Assembly: GCA_965217775.1 (NCBI GenBank)
Contig: CBDCJH010000002.1
Span: 4,480,001-4,544,000 of the forward strand
Source: Acidobacteriota bacterium
Lineage (GTDB): Bacteria; Acidobacteriota; UBA6911; RPQK01; JAJDTT01
Direction: 5' to 3'
DNA: 64,000 nt
In this document: positions 1-9,074 of the stretch, piece after piece
How positions within the stretch are numbered: the first letter of the stretch is position 1
Layout: each line of letters starts with the position of its first letter
Made by a program: the position numbers and the translations under genes
Notes under the pieces: generated by a model
Databases searched by the model: none
The model's input: only the letters and a program-made list of their open reading frames with translations
Told to the model about the DNA's origin: nothing

Positions 1-2
1 GG

Positions 3-539
3 GGCCACGGTCCCAGCGTCATCCCCGACCCTCACGAGTGGTCGACGCCCACCCTCTTCTACTTCAACACCAATCTGATGGCCCCCCTGCCGGCGCCCCT
101 GGACAACGCCGGCCGTACAGCGAAATTGCTCACCCTCTACGTGGGAGACGACGTGCCCGGCGTCTCGGAACGGGTCTCCCTCCTGCGCCTCAGACTCCTG
201 CTGAACGACCCGGAGACGGGGAACACGCCCGAGTCGGAGAAGATGGATCCGGTTCAGGTTCGGGACCGCATCGTTCCCGAACGCGTGGGCGGTCCCGGTC
301 CGGCGCCGATCCGGACCAATCCCCCGCGGCACGGAATCGAGCAGAGGATACGAGTCCGTCTGAACAACCTCCCCCTGGGTCCGGGCAAGGTGCGCTCAGG
401 GTGGCTGGATTACCCGGTTCGGCCCAACCAACTGGCTCTGGGCGAGAACCTTGTGGACATCCGGGTGACGGGACGGGCCACCGGATGTGTCTCGCCGATC
501 CTGGTCGAGAAGCTGGAACTGGACGTGAAGTACGGGTGA
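3..539 (+). CDS. C-terminal part of a hypothetical protein (5' end outside the window)
   Basis: The frame of ORF 78..539 is open back to position 3 (GHGPSVIPDPHEWSTPTLFYFNTNLMAP...). It ends VEKLELDVKYG* and has typical high-GC codon usage. Confidence 0.7.
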   Translation, partial: GHGPSVIPDPHEWSTPTLFYFNTNLMAPLPAPLDNAGRTAKLLTLYVGDDVPGVSERVSLLRLRLLLNDPETGNTPESEKMDPVQVRDRIVPERVGGPGPAPIRTNPPRHGIEQRIRVRLNNLPLGPGKVRSGWLDYPVRPNQLALGENLVDIRVTGRATGCVSPILVEKLELDVKYG

Positions 540-540
540 G

Positions 541-571
541 TTGACAGTTTTGTATCGACTCTTGATACTAT
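541..571 (+). promoter_or_regulatory. Sigma70-type promoter with an overlapping palindrome, upstream of the molybdate regulator/modABC
   Basis: TTGACA (541-546), 17 bp spacer, GATACT (564-569). Inverted repeat GTATC-N7-GATAC at 552-568. The ATG at 579 has no obvious Shine-Dalgarno. Confidence 0.6.
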
Positions 572-578
572 CGTATCC

Positions 579-1610
579 ATGAGAAACAGTCTGTCCCGCC
601 GTCGCCGACGTCTGGACTGGTCCCAGCAGGAGCTGGCCCGGCGCTCCGGCCTCTCCCGCGCCGCCATCAGCGCCATCGAGACGGGCCGGGTCATTCCTTC
701 CACCGCGGCCGCACTCTCCCTGGCCCGCGCCTTCGACTGCTCCGTCGAGGAACTTTTCAGCCTGGGAGAGATCGAGGGCCCGCGCATCCGCTGGGCGTGG
801 GAGCCCCGGCGGCAACGGGGTCGATTCTGGCAGGCCAGAGTCGGGGGCAGGACCCTGGTCTTTCCCACCGAGTGGACGCTGGCGGGCAGCCTGCGCCACG
901 ACGGCGTCCATGGAGAGAAACAGCTCGAGCTGACCCGGACCTCGGACCCGGAGAAGACCCTGGTCCTCGCCGGATGCGACCCGTCGGTGGGTCTCCTCTC
1001 CTCCCACGTCCGGGCCGATTGCGGTCTGCGGGTCCTTCCCCTGATCCGCTCCAGCCGGGAAGCGATCCGGCTTCTGGGGCGGGGCCTGGTGCACGCGGCG
1101 GGCCTTCATTTCGACCGTGCCGAGAACCTCCGCGCCGCCCGCGAGGTCCTGGGGGAGAACTTCCATCTCGTCCGTGTGGCTCGATGGGAGGCGGGCGTGG
1201 CCCTGGACCCCGCTCAAAAGGCGGCTTCAGTCCGGGAAGTCCTGGCCTCGAACCTGCGCTGGGTCGGCCGGGAGGAGGGCTCGGCCGCGCGGCAATGCCT
1301 GGATCAGATCCTGGGATCGGGGGAGAAGCCCACCGGTTACCACCACACCGCCCGCGATCATCACGGAGTCAGCGAGACCATTCGGACCGGCTGGGCCCAG
1401 GCCGGGATCTGCGTCCGCCTGCCGGCACAGGAACGGGGCCTGCGCTTCCTCAAGGTCCGGGAGGAGAGCTACGACCTCTGCTACCGGGCCGACCTGGAGG
1501 CCACACTTCCCATCCGGAGTCTCCTGGAGGTCCTTCGCTCCCGGTCCTATCGATACGATCTGCAGCAACTTCCCGGCTACGAGGCCGCCGGCGCCGGAGA
1601 CCGGATCTAG
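579..1610 (+). CDS. XRE-family HTH regulator fused to a periplasmic-binding-protein-like (molybdate-binding) domain
   Basis: N-terminal HTH_3 (WSQQELARRSGLSRAAISAIETG). C-terminal PBP-like motifs (GCDPS, WVGREEGSAARQCLD, EESYDLC, LPGYE). Directly upstream of modABC. Confidence 0.85.
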   Translation: MRNSLSRRRRRLDWSQQELARRSGLSRAAISAIETGRVIPSTAAALSLARAFDCSVEELFSLGEIEGPRIRWAWEPRRQRGRFWQARVGGRTLVFPTEWTLAGSLRHDGVHGEKQLELTRTSDPEKTLVLAGCDPSVGLLSSHVRADCGLRVLPLIRSSREAIRLLGRGLVHAAGLHFDRAENLRAAREVLGENFHLVRVARWEAGVALDPAQKAASVREVLASNLRWVGREEGSAARQCLDQILGSGEKPTGYHHTARDHHGVSETIRTGWAQAGICVRLPAQERGLRFLKVREESYDLCYRADLEATLPIRSLLEVLRSRSYRYDLQQLPGYEAAGAGDRI

Positions 1611-1630
1611 AAGGCACAGCGCACCACGAC

Positions 1631-2491
1631 ATGCAGATATCTTTCCTCCCTGTTTGCCTCCGTGTCGTCGCCGCCGTCTTCTTTGCCGCCGCGACCGCGG
1701 CTTGCGGCTCCCGCGACGAGAGCCCGACTCCCATCCTCTTCTTCGCGGCGGCCAGCACTCAGGATGCCGTCCGGGAGATCTCCAGCCGCTTCGAGGCCCG
1801 TAACCAGGTGCCGGTGACCCTCAACGTCGCCGCCTCGTCGACCTTGGCCCAACAGATTCTGGCCGGCGCCGGAAGCGACCTCTTCCTCTCCGCCAACGTC
1901 CGATGGGTGGAGGAGATCATGACGCAGGGCCTGGGTTCCCGGCGGCGGGACCTGTTGGGAAACCGGCTCGTGGTCATCGCCCCGACCGGGAGCGGTCTTC
2001 AGATCCGCGGACCCTCGGACCTGCTGAGTTCGAAAATCGTCCGGCTGAGTCTGGCCGATCCCGAGGGCGTCCCCGCGGGGATCTATGCCCGGGAGGCACT
2101 GCGGCGACTCGACCTGTGGCGGTCTCTCCAATCCAAGGTGGTGCGCAGTTCCGATGTCCGTCAAACGCTGTTCTTCGTCGAGCAAGGAGAGGCGGAGGCG
2201 GGCATCGTCTATTCCACCGACCTGCGCATCTCGGAGGCGGTGCAACCGCTCCTGGAACTCGACTCCGCCTTGAGCCGACCCATCGTTTACCCGTTGGTCC
2301 TCTTGGAATCTCCCGGCGACGCGGCCAGACGTTTTTTCGAGTACCTGCTCTCGCCGGAATCCGTTGAGGTCTTTCGGCGTTTCGGATTCTCGATCCTTTC
2401 GGATCAGGCGACCGGATTCAGGTCCGGGCTGCCGGCCGATCAGCAACCTCCCAGTCGGTCTGGAGAAACGACAGCGAGGATCCCATGCTGA
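1631..2491 (+). CDS. modA: Molybdate ABC transporter substrate-binding lipoprotein
   Basis: Lipobox-like TAAC. Motifs FAAAS, AASSTLAQQI, DLFLSAN, VPAGIYA, GIVYSTD. Start placed at ATG 1631 inside ORF 797..2491. Confidence 0.9.
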   Translation: MQISFLPVCLRVVAAVFFAAATAACGSRDESPTPILFFAAASTQDAVREISSRFEARNQVPVTLNVAASSTLAQQILAGAGSDLFLSANVRWVEEIMTQGLGSRRRDLLGNRLVVIAPTGSGLQIRGPSDLLSSKIVRLSLADPEGVPAGIYAREALRRLDLWRSLQSKVVRSSDVRQTLFFVEQGEAEAGIVYSTDLRISEAVQPLLELDSALSRPIVYPLVLLESPGDAARRFFEYLLSPESVEVFRRFGFSILSDQATGFRSGLPADQQPPSRSGETTARIPC

Positions 2492-3171
2492 CCGAAGCGG
2501 AGTGGAACGCCGTGGTGACGAGCCTCAAGGTGGCCACCGCTTCCGTGGCGCTGGGACTGCCGTTCGCCATCGGCCTGGGCTATTTCCTGGCCCGTTGGCG
2601 ATCGGCCGGCAAGTGGCTCGTGGAGACGGTGGTGAACCTTCCCCTGGTGTTGCCGCCGGTGGTCACCGGCTATCTGCTCCTGCTCCTGATGGGACGAAAC
2701 GGCCCCTTGGGCCGACTGCTAGACGAGTTTCTGGGCTGGCGGGTCGTCTTCACCTGGTACGGCGCGGTGGCCGCAGGAGCCATCGTGAGCTTCCCCCTGA
2801 TGGTCCGGACGATTCAGGTCTCCTTCCGGAGCGTGGACACTCGCCTGGAGGAAGCCGCTCGGAGCCTGGGCCGGAGCCGTCTCTCCACCTTCTACCGGGT
2901 CAGCCTGCCGCTGGCCCTGTGGGGAATCGTGGCCGGCTCGGTGCTGGGCTTCGCCCGTACCCTGGGCGAGTTCGGCGCCACCATCATGGTGGCCGGCAAC
3001 ATTCCGGGACAGACCCAGACCATTCCCACCGCCATCTATTCCCTGGTCCAGAGTCCGGGCGGTGTGGAACGAAGCACGCGCCTGCTGGTGGTATCGATCC
3101 TGCTGGCCTGCGTCACGCTGGCCGCCAGCGAGATCCTGATACGGAGGCGAGAACGCCATGCGCTATCTTGA
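2485..3171 (+). CDS. modB: Molybdate ABC transporter permease
   Basis: LPLVLPPVVTGY, EAA motif (LEEAARSLG), FARTLGEFGATIMVAGNIPG. Confidence 0.95.
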   Translation: MLTEAEWNAVVTSLKVATASVALGLPFAIGLGYFLARWRSAGKWLVETVVNLPLVLPPVVTGYLLLLLMGRNGPLGRLLDEFLGWRVVFTWYGAVAAGAIVSFPLMVRTIQVSFRSVDTRLEEAARSLGRSRLSTFYRVSLPLALWGIVAGSVLGFARTLGEFGATIMVAGNIPGQTQTIPTAIYSLVQSPGGVERSTRLLVVSILLACVTLAASEILIRRRERHALS

Positions 3172-3826
3172 CTTCCGGGCCAGCCACCGATTCTCCACCG
3201 GCTTCCGCCTGCAGGCCGAGTTTGAGACCGACCAATTGGTGACGGCTCTCTGCGGTCCCTCCGGCAGCGGGAAGACCACGATTCTGGAGATGATCGCGGG
3301 ACTGAAGCAACCCCAGCGGGGACGCATCGAGGTCGGCCGCAGGGTGGTCCTGGACCGGCAGCGGCGAATCATGGTGCCCCCCGAGCGGCGGCGAATCGGG
3401 TTCGTCTTCCAGGACCGCCGACTCTTTCCCCATCTCACCGTGGGGGGCAACCTCCGCTTCGGCCAGGGACCGAAGAATCCGCCGGGAACCGGGATCCGGT
3501 TCGACCGGCTGGTGGAGGTCCTGGACCTGGAGCACCTGCTGAAACGCTATCCCCGCAACCTTTCGGGCGGGGAGCAGCAACGGGTGGCGTTGGGCCGGGC
3601 GCTGCTGATCCACCCCGAATTCCTGCTTCTGGACGAACCCACGGCCGCCCTGGACGAGCCCCTGCGGGACCGCATCCTGGACTACATTGCGCGCGTCATC
3701 GAGGAGTGGCGGATCCCCACCCTGATCGTGAGCCACGTCCGGGAGGCCGTCCTCCGCCTGGCCAGCCGGACCATCCTGTTGAAGCAGGGCCGGATCGTGT
3801 CTTCCGGCTCGCCGTCGTTACTGTAG
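3158..3826 (+). CDS. modC: Molybdate ABC transporter ATP-binding subunit (short, no TOBE domain)
   Basis: Walker A GPSGSGKTT, FQDRRLFPHL, LSGGEQQRV, Walker B LLLDEP. Confidence 0.9.
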   Translation: MRYLDFRASHRFSTGFRLQAEFETDQLVTALCGPSGSGKTTILEMIAGLKQPQRGRIEVGRRVVLDRQRRIMVPPERRRIGFVFQDRRLFPHLTVGGNLRFGQGPKNPPGTGIRFDRLVEVLDLEHLLKRYPRNLSGGEQQRVALGRALLIHPEFLLLDEPTAALDEPLRDRILDYIARVIEEWRIPTLIVSHVREAVLRLASRTILLKQGRIVSSGSPSLL

Positions 3827-3978
3827 AAGAGGACGAAAACGGCCGGGCTTGAGGTGAGGGATCAAGAACTTCCCTCTCCCTCGCCGCAACCGCCGTTTCG
3901 CAAGATCAACTCTTTGGGACAATGGCATATACTAGCGGATACGAACATCGCTCGAATTTGCTTCCCAAGGAGATCGTC

Positions 3979-4599
3979 ATGAAATCTCTCCCCGAGGGCT
4001 ACTTCGCCGCACGAGGCCTCCGCGAAACTTCATTTGAATCGCTGAACCAGGCCTTGATGGTCGTTCTCGAACAGATGGAGCCGATGGTCTATGGCGACGC
4101 CACTCGGGAACTGCCGGCCGAGGAGCAAGCCGTCCTTCGTCAAGGCGGTTTGACCCTGGAGCCCCAGCCGGGCCCCGATCCACTGGCTCGGACCGTCGTC
4201 AAATATGCCGCCATCGTCGCACGGAGCCTCTCCAGCAAGGCCGTGAGCCGCAGGCTCGGACTGAGCCCAGGCCGAATTCGCCAGATGATCGCGGATCGAT
4301 CGTTGTACAGTTTCCTGATTGGCCGCCACCGGTACATTCCGGATTTCCAATTCCAGGGTAACCAGTTAGTGCCCAATATCGCTGCAGTCAACAAGGCGCT
4401 ACCCCCAGGTCTGCATCCTGTCGAGGTGTACAACTGGTATCACCTGCCGAACCTCAATCTGTTCCTGGATGAGAACATCGACGACACCGTCAGACCCCTG
4501 GACTGGCTGAAGGGAGGGTACGACGCCGAGCGAGTGGTGTTCCTCGCCAACAGCATGGACGGGCAACATGGCAAAGCTTCCCAGGACACCAGACCGTGA
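3979..4599 (+). CDS. Putative antitoxin (HTH DNA-binding protein) of a RES toxin
   Basis: HTH-like LSSKAVSRRLGLSPGRIRQ, IPDFQF and PLDWL motifs. Overlaps the downstream RES gene. Start could be 3922 or 3979. Confidence 0.7.
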   Translation: MKSLPEGYFAARGLRETSFESLNQALMVVLEQMEPMVYGDATRELPAEEQAVLRQGGLTLEPQPGPDPLARTVVKYAAIVARSLSSKAVSRRLGLSPGRIRQMIADRSLYSFLIGRHRYIPDFQFQGNQLVPNIAAVNKALPPGLHPVEVYNWYHLPNLNLFLDENIDDTVRPLDWLKGGYDAERVVFLANSMDGQHGKASQDTRP

Positions 4600-5206
4600 A
4601 TATCTCCGGCGATTGCCTCCGAGCCTGATCTCCCTGCCCACCAGGACTCTGCTGCACCGCATTTACCGGCGCGGCGGTGACCATCCGACAGAGTGGCCCG
4701 ATTTCAGATATTTTGGACCTACTATCGCTCGCTTCGATCATCAAGAGCGCGACAGCACGGGCCGAGCGCACGTCCAAACGCGGGGAATCCTCTATCTTGC
4801 CCTCGATGTTCCGACCGCGTTGGCGGAAGCGTTTCAGAAACGACGCACCGTCAACCGAACCCATCTGCAGCCCTGGATGGTGTCATTCAAGCTTGTCAAC
4901 GGCCTGTCACTGCTCGACCTGACGGGCACTTTCTGCGTCCGAGCCGGAGGTTCCATGAAACTGGTCAGCGGACCGCCCATCTTCGCACAGAACTGGTCGC
5001 GTGCATTTTACGAATGCTACGAGGACATCCATGGCCTCTACTACCCCTCTTCGCTCACCAACCGGCCTGTGATCGCGCTCTATGAACGCGCCCTCTCCGT
5101 CAATCCGTTCCCGGATACGCCCGTCTTCCACCGCGAGTTGAGCAGTGCCCTGCTGATTGAACCCTTGCGAGACGCATGCCAGGAGATCGGTTACGACTTC
5201 TTCTGA
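4568..5206 (+). CDS. RES-domain toxin (putative NAD+ phosphorylase/ADP-ribosyltransferase)
   Basis: LHRIYRR...FRYFGP..ARFDH, LYLALDVPTALAEAF, LLDLTG, HGLYYPSS carry the R-E-S pattern. Confidence 0.85.
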   Translation: MAKLPRTPDREYLRRLPPSLISLPTRTLLHRIYRRGGDHPTEWPDFRYFGPTIARFDHQERDSTGRAHVQTRGILYLALDVPTALAEAFQKRRTVNRTHLQPWMVSFKLVNGLSLLDLTGTFCVRAGGSMKLVSGPPIFAQNWSRAFYECYEDIHGLYYPSSLTNRPVIALYERALSVNPFPDTPVFHRELSSALLIEPLRDACQEIGYDFF

Positions 5207-5224
5207 TCGGTGACGGCGGTTGGT

Positions 5225-5243
5225 GCGCCTCCTCGGGAGGCGC
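5225..5243. terminator. GC hairpin between convergent genes
   Basis: GCGCCTCC-TCG-GGAGGCGC; no clear U-tract. Confidence 0.35.
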
Positions 5244-5262
5244 CGTATCGGAAGGGTCGTTC

Positions 5263-6930
5263 CTATTGAAACTGGAAGGAATAGAACTTGCCGTTGCGGA
5301 GGTGGAAACGTAGTTGCACCGGCTGGCCGGCCAGATTCGACAGGTCGGCTGATCCAGCCCAGGAGACCGGCTGGCCGGCTACGGTGCGGGTGACCGGTTC
5401 CGCCTCCTCCGGACCGAAGCCCTCCAGCGGTTCTCCATTGGAGTCCAGCACCTCCACCCTCAGGGAGGAGTGGTGGTCCACGCCGGCCGACCCTTTCTGC
5501 GAGTCCTCGAAACTCACCAGCAGGCGGCTCCCCTCGAAGACCAGGGGCCGAGTGGTCACCGTCCCCGGATTGGGCCCGGCGTCCAGGGAGACGAAGCCGT
5601 CCAGGGGGAGGGTGGCCAGACCCACGGCCGCCTCGGCGTTCTCCCCTTCCGCAAGGAGGTCCTCCACGCCGTGGCGCCAGTTGACGCCCAGGTAGTAGAA
5701 CCAGATCTTGCCGTCGTGCACCAGCGGCTGCCGGACGTAGACGCAGCCGTCGTCCCAGGTGCCGTTGGCTCCCAAGGGAATGTAGGGACCACGGTCCGGG
5801 AGGCGCTGGAACTCCCGGCCCTCCCGGCTGTACGCGAAATGGCTCTCCATGGTCAGACTGTTGGTCCGAAACACCCAGGGAAAGCCGAGGTAGATTCCTT
5901 CGTAGAGCAGTGCCGGCATGCCGTAGAACTGGAGGTCCACGGGATCCACCGAATCGGGAATCAGGGCCGGCTCGATGGGAGACCAGCGAACGAAGTCGTC
6001 ACTCGTCGAAAACCCGATGGTCCGCTTCCGGATTCGGCCCGCGCGGGGCGCCAGTTGGTCCGGCGTATGGGAGGGCAGGCTGGCGGCTCTCACTTCGGGT
6101 GGAATGCCGTCGTAGGCGGCGACGGCCTCCCGGTAGTCCTTCCAACCCGGCCGCAGATAGGCCACGTACTTCTGCCGGGACGGGTCCCAGCCCAACACGG
6201 TGTGGGTGTCGCTCGTCCCCACCATGACCGGGTTGCCCGGGTATTCCTCCCAGGCCAGCCCGTCCGGAGAAAAATAGATGCAGAGGCCGGTCACTCCGTT
6301 CGCCGCCAGGGCAAACCCCAGGGCCTTGTAGCGCCGGACCGGATTCTGCTCCCGATGGTCCCGGAACGCGTTGGGCGCACGGCCCGAGTTGTAGAGCCCG
6401 CCTTCGGCGCGGACCGACCGGTCCGAAATGATGTTGTTGCGGGTCGAACCCTCGAACTTCACGAGGCCCAGCTCGGGTCTTTCCCAGTGAACACCGTCCC
6501 GGGAGACGGCATAGCAGGAAAGGTCCAGGTCCTCCCGGTAGTTGCTGGCCCGAAGCAGACTCTCATACTCCTCCAGCGGTCCGGGAGGCCGCTCCGCCGT
6601 GATCAGGCTGGGGACGTACCACATCTTGAAGAGGGCGTCCTCGGGATCGTAGATGACGGAACTCACGGAGGCGAAGTTCCCTTCCCACTTGCGCTCCGGC
6701 CTCAACACCGGTCCTCCCGGATGCTTGACCGGCCGGTTCAGGACTCGGGAGATGGACTCCGTGGCCTCCACGACGCCGTCGTCGATAAAGAGCTGCTTGG
6801 CAGTACCGATCCGAAGCGGTTCCCGGTCCGGGGACTGGTGCGGGGAACATCCGGCCAGTGCAGCCACGAAGAGGGAGGCAACAGCCGCCAGACAGCCGTT
6901 ACACAGTGAGCTTCTTCCGTTGCAGGTCAT
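5263..6930 (-). CDS. Exported five-bladed beta-propeller glycosidase-like lipoprotein (GH32/GH43 clan-like)
   Basis: Lipobox LAGC, KQLFIDD, SRDGVHWERPELG, SPDGLAW, DGFVSLDA, C-terminal GKFYSFQFQ. Paralogue of 31030..32523. Confidence 0.7.
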   Translation of the reverse strand: MTCNGRSSLCNGCLAAVASLFVAALAGCSPHQSPDREPLRIGTAKQLFIDDGVVEATESISRVLNRPVKHPGGPVLRPERKWEGNFASVSSVIYDPEDALFKMWYVPSLITAERPPGPLEEYESLLRASNYREDLDLSCYAVSRDGVHWERPELGLVKFEGSTRNNIISDRSVRAEGGLYNSGRAPNAFRDHREQNPVRRYKALGFALAANGVTGLCIYFSPDGLAWEEYPGNPVMVGTSDTHTVLGWDPSRQKYVAYLRPGWKDYREAVAAYDGIPPEVRAASLPSHTPDQLAPRAGRIRKRTIGFSTSDDFVRWSPIEPALIPDSVDPVDLQFYGMPALLYEGIYLGFPWVFRTNSLTMESHFAYSREGREFQRLPDRGPYIPLGANGTWDDGCVYVRQPLVHDGKIWFYYLGVNWRHGVEDLLAEGENAEAAVGLATLPLDGFVSLDAGPNPGTVTTRPLVFEGSRLLVSFEDSQKGSAGVDHHSSLRVEVLDSNGEPLEGFGPEEAEPVTRTVAGQPVSWAGSADLSNLAGQPVQLRFHLRNGKFYSFQFQ

Positions 6931-7067
6931 GCGGCCCAGTCTATCGCGCCGACATGTCCGGAGGTAGAAGCCGGGATGGGAACAGGGCACCGTTCCGATC
7001 GGCGGAAAAGGCGTGACGCACTTGCCACGGACCGGCAAGAATGTTGGCATGGAACCGAGGTGATTCC

Positions 7068-9008
7068 ATGAGCATCATCAACACATTCCGCCGGCTCCCG
7101 ATTCTCTTCCTTTTCCTGCTCGCCTCCTGCGGTGGGAATTCGGCACGGGAGACGCGGCATTGGCTGGAGCTGGAAACCGACGGGCTGACTTTCGGCATCG
7201 ACCGGGACCTGTCGCTCTCGGTTTACTACGGCTCGGATGCGGTCCCCACTTGGCGATCGATGACGCCCAGCGTCGAGATCCGAACGTCGGGTCCCCCGGA
7301 GGAGAACGGTCCACGGACCCTGAGCTGCAAGGATTCCGCCCGGCAACAAGCGGAAGAGTACCGGGAGGGCGAAATGGAAGGCTATCGGGTCCGGCTGAGC
7401 GGCTGGATGGAGACGGACGCCGTCCTGGGGTGCGATCTGGCGCTGGACCGGGAGGGGCGCCTCCACGTCCGAATATCGCAGGCGGGGGGCGAAGACACCA
7501 TTCGCGAGGTGCTGGACCTGTACACGTTGGCCCTGGAGCCGGACCCATCATCTTACCTGGTGGTCCCCTGGGGTTCCGGATACATGATCCGGTCCGACTC
7601 CCCCAGTCCGGTGGCGCTCACCGGCCTTCTTGGCGCCGAGTACAGCCTGCCCCTGTTCGGACTGGTGGCGGGCGGCCGTTCGGCCTACCCGATGGTCGAC
7701 ACCTGGTGGAACGCGGCCGTCCGCGTGGATCACGAGCCGGGACAGCAGTCCCGGGTCGCCCTGGACTGGAAGGCCTCGCTGGACCGTCTGAGCTATCCCC
7801 GGCGGGCCGTCTGGAGCTTCGAGCAGGGAAAAGACCACGTGGACCTGGCCAAGGCCTACCGCAGACACGTGGAGGCCACCCGTCCCCTGCCCTCCCTGAG
7901 CACTCGAATGGCCTCCGACCCTGGCTTGAAACGGTTTCTCTCAGGTGTCGAATACCGGCTCATCGAGTGGAACCCGGAGCACCACCCGCAGGTGCTGGAG
8001 AACATCCGCCGCTTCCAGGCCGCCGGTCTCCCCGTCAGCTTCTTCCACCCCAAGTGGCCGGCCGGGGAGAGGACGCCGGCCGGCTGGCAGGAGTACCTGA
8101 GAGAAGATCCGATGGTGCCCGGGGGCTGGCCCGCGGCCCGGCGGCTGGAAGAACAGGTCCACTCCCTGGGGTGCTCCGTCAAGTTCTTCGTCATGCCTCA
8201 CGTCTTCCACGAGGACGCACCCTACTACGATCCGGCCAAGCTCAGCGGCGTCCAGTTCCCCCGGTTCAGCGACGGTTACGCGTTGGAAGCCCTCAAGTCC
8301 CTGCTGGATCACGTCCAGGCCAAGGGATTGAAAATGGACGCCCTCTACTTTGACGGCCATGCCGCCCACCGGGGGCATTCCGAACACGCTTCTGCGGAAG
8401 GACCCATCAGCCGCCGGGAGACGTACGAGACCCAGGTGGAGACGTTTCGGGAGGCCCGGCGGCGGGGAATCGTCCCCGGCGCCGAGTTGGCCCGTTTCTG
8501 GTGCATGGGCGAGAGCGACTACTTCTTCTTCACCGACTGGTCCCGGGACCGGCTCCGGGAGGCTGAACCGATCCCTCTGTTCCAACTCGCGTTCAACGAC
8601 TGCTATGTGGCTCACTTCTCCGGCGGCGGCTACTATTCCGCCCCCAAATACGACTGGTACGCCGACCGCCACCCCCGGCTCTACGAGCTCATGTACGGGG
8701 CCATGCCCTCACACAACTGGCTTCCCGGGGGAGAGGCCCTGATCGAAGAGCACCATTGGGAGACCGACGCCATGAAACGGCGCCTGGATTGGCTCCGTCT
8801 CTGGCATGCCTATTTTCAGGCGGTGGGGTATGCCGAGATGACCCGCCACCAGTTTCTGAGCGACGACCGGACCCTGCAGCGCGTCGAGTACGCCAACGGT
8901 GTTGCCGCCGAGTTCGATCTGGCTCAGGGTCGGTTTCGAGTCCTGGGAGTCGAGGGAATCAAGGAAAACTGGCAGGAGCCCCCGGTGGTCGAACCGCTGG
9001 GAGAATGA
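7068..9008 (+). CDS. Lipoprotein, putative glycoside hydrolase-like (TIM-barrel)
   Basis: Lipobox LASC. YSLPLFGLV, VDLAKAYRRHV, MTRHQFLSDDRTLQRVEYANG resemble GH101/GH129-like architectures; the family call is uncertain. Confidence 0.55.
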   Translation: MSIINTFRRLPILFLFLLASCGGNSARETRHWLELETDGLTFGIDRDLSLSVYYGSDAVPTWRSMTPSVEIRTSGPPEENGPRTLSCKDSARQQAEEYREGEMEGYRVRLSGWMETDAVLGCDLALDREGRLHVRISQAGGEDTIREVLDLYTLALEPDPSSYLVVPWGSGYMIRSDSPSPVALTGLLGAEYSLPLFGLVAGGRSAYPMVDTWWNAAVRVDHEPGQQSRVALDWKASLDRLSYPRRAVWSFEQGKDHVDLAKAYRRHVEATRPLPSLSTRMASDPGLKRFLSGVEYRLIEWNPEHHPQVLENIRRFQAAGLPVSFFHPKWPAGERTPAGWQEYLREDPMVPGGWPAARRLEEQVHSLGCSVKFFVMPHVFHEDAPYYDPAKLSGVQFPRFSDGYALEALKSLLDHVQAKGLKMDALYFDGHAAHRGHSEHASAEGPISRRETYETQVETFREARRRGIVPGAELARFWCMGESDYFFFTDWSRDRLREAEPIPLFQLAFNDCYVAHFSGGGYYSAPKYDWYADRHPRLYELMYGAMPSHNWLPGGEALIEEHHWETDAMKRRLDWLRLWHAYFQAVGYAEMTRHQFLSDDRTLQRVEYANGVAAEFDLAQGRFRVLGVEGIKENWQEPPVVEPLGE

Positions 9009-9074
9009 AGAGCGTTCCCACGGGCCGGGGGCCGGCGATGAAGAGGGGGCAGGAATGTCCCCCCTCCGGTGCCC

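Noticed and set aside
797-1630. N-terminal extension of modA in the 564-aa ORF
   Set aside because: It is an off-frame overlap with the regulator; the signal peptide starts at 1631.
6974-6998. GGGAACAGGGCACCGTTCC resembling the cassette-site motif
   Set aside because: It needs gaps to align and is isolated in a divergent promoter region; too weak to count.
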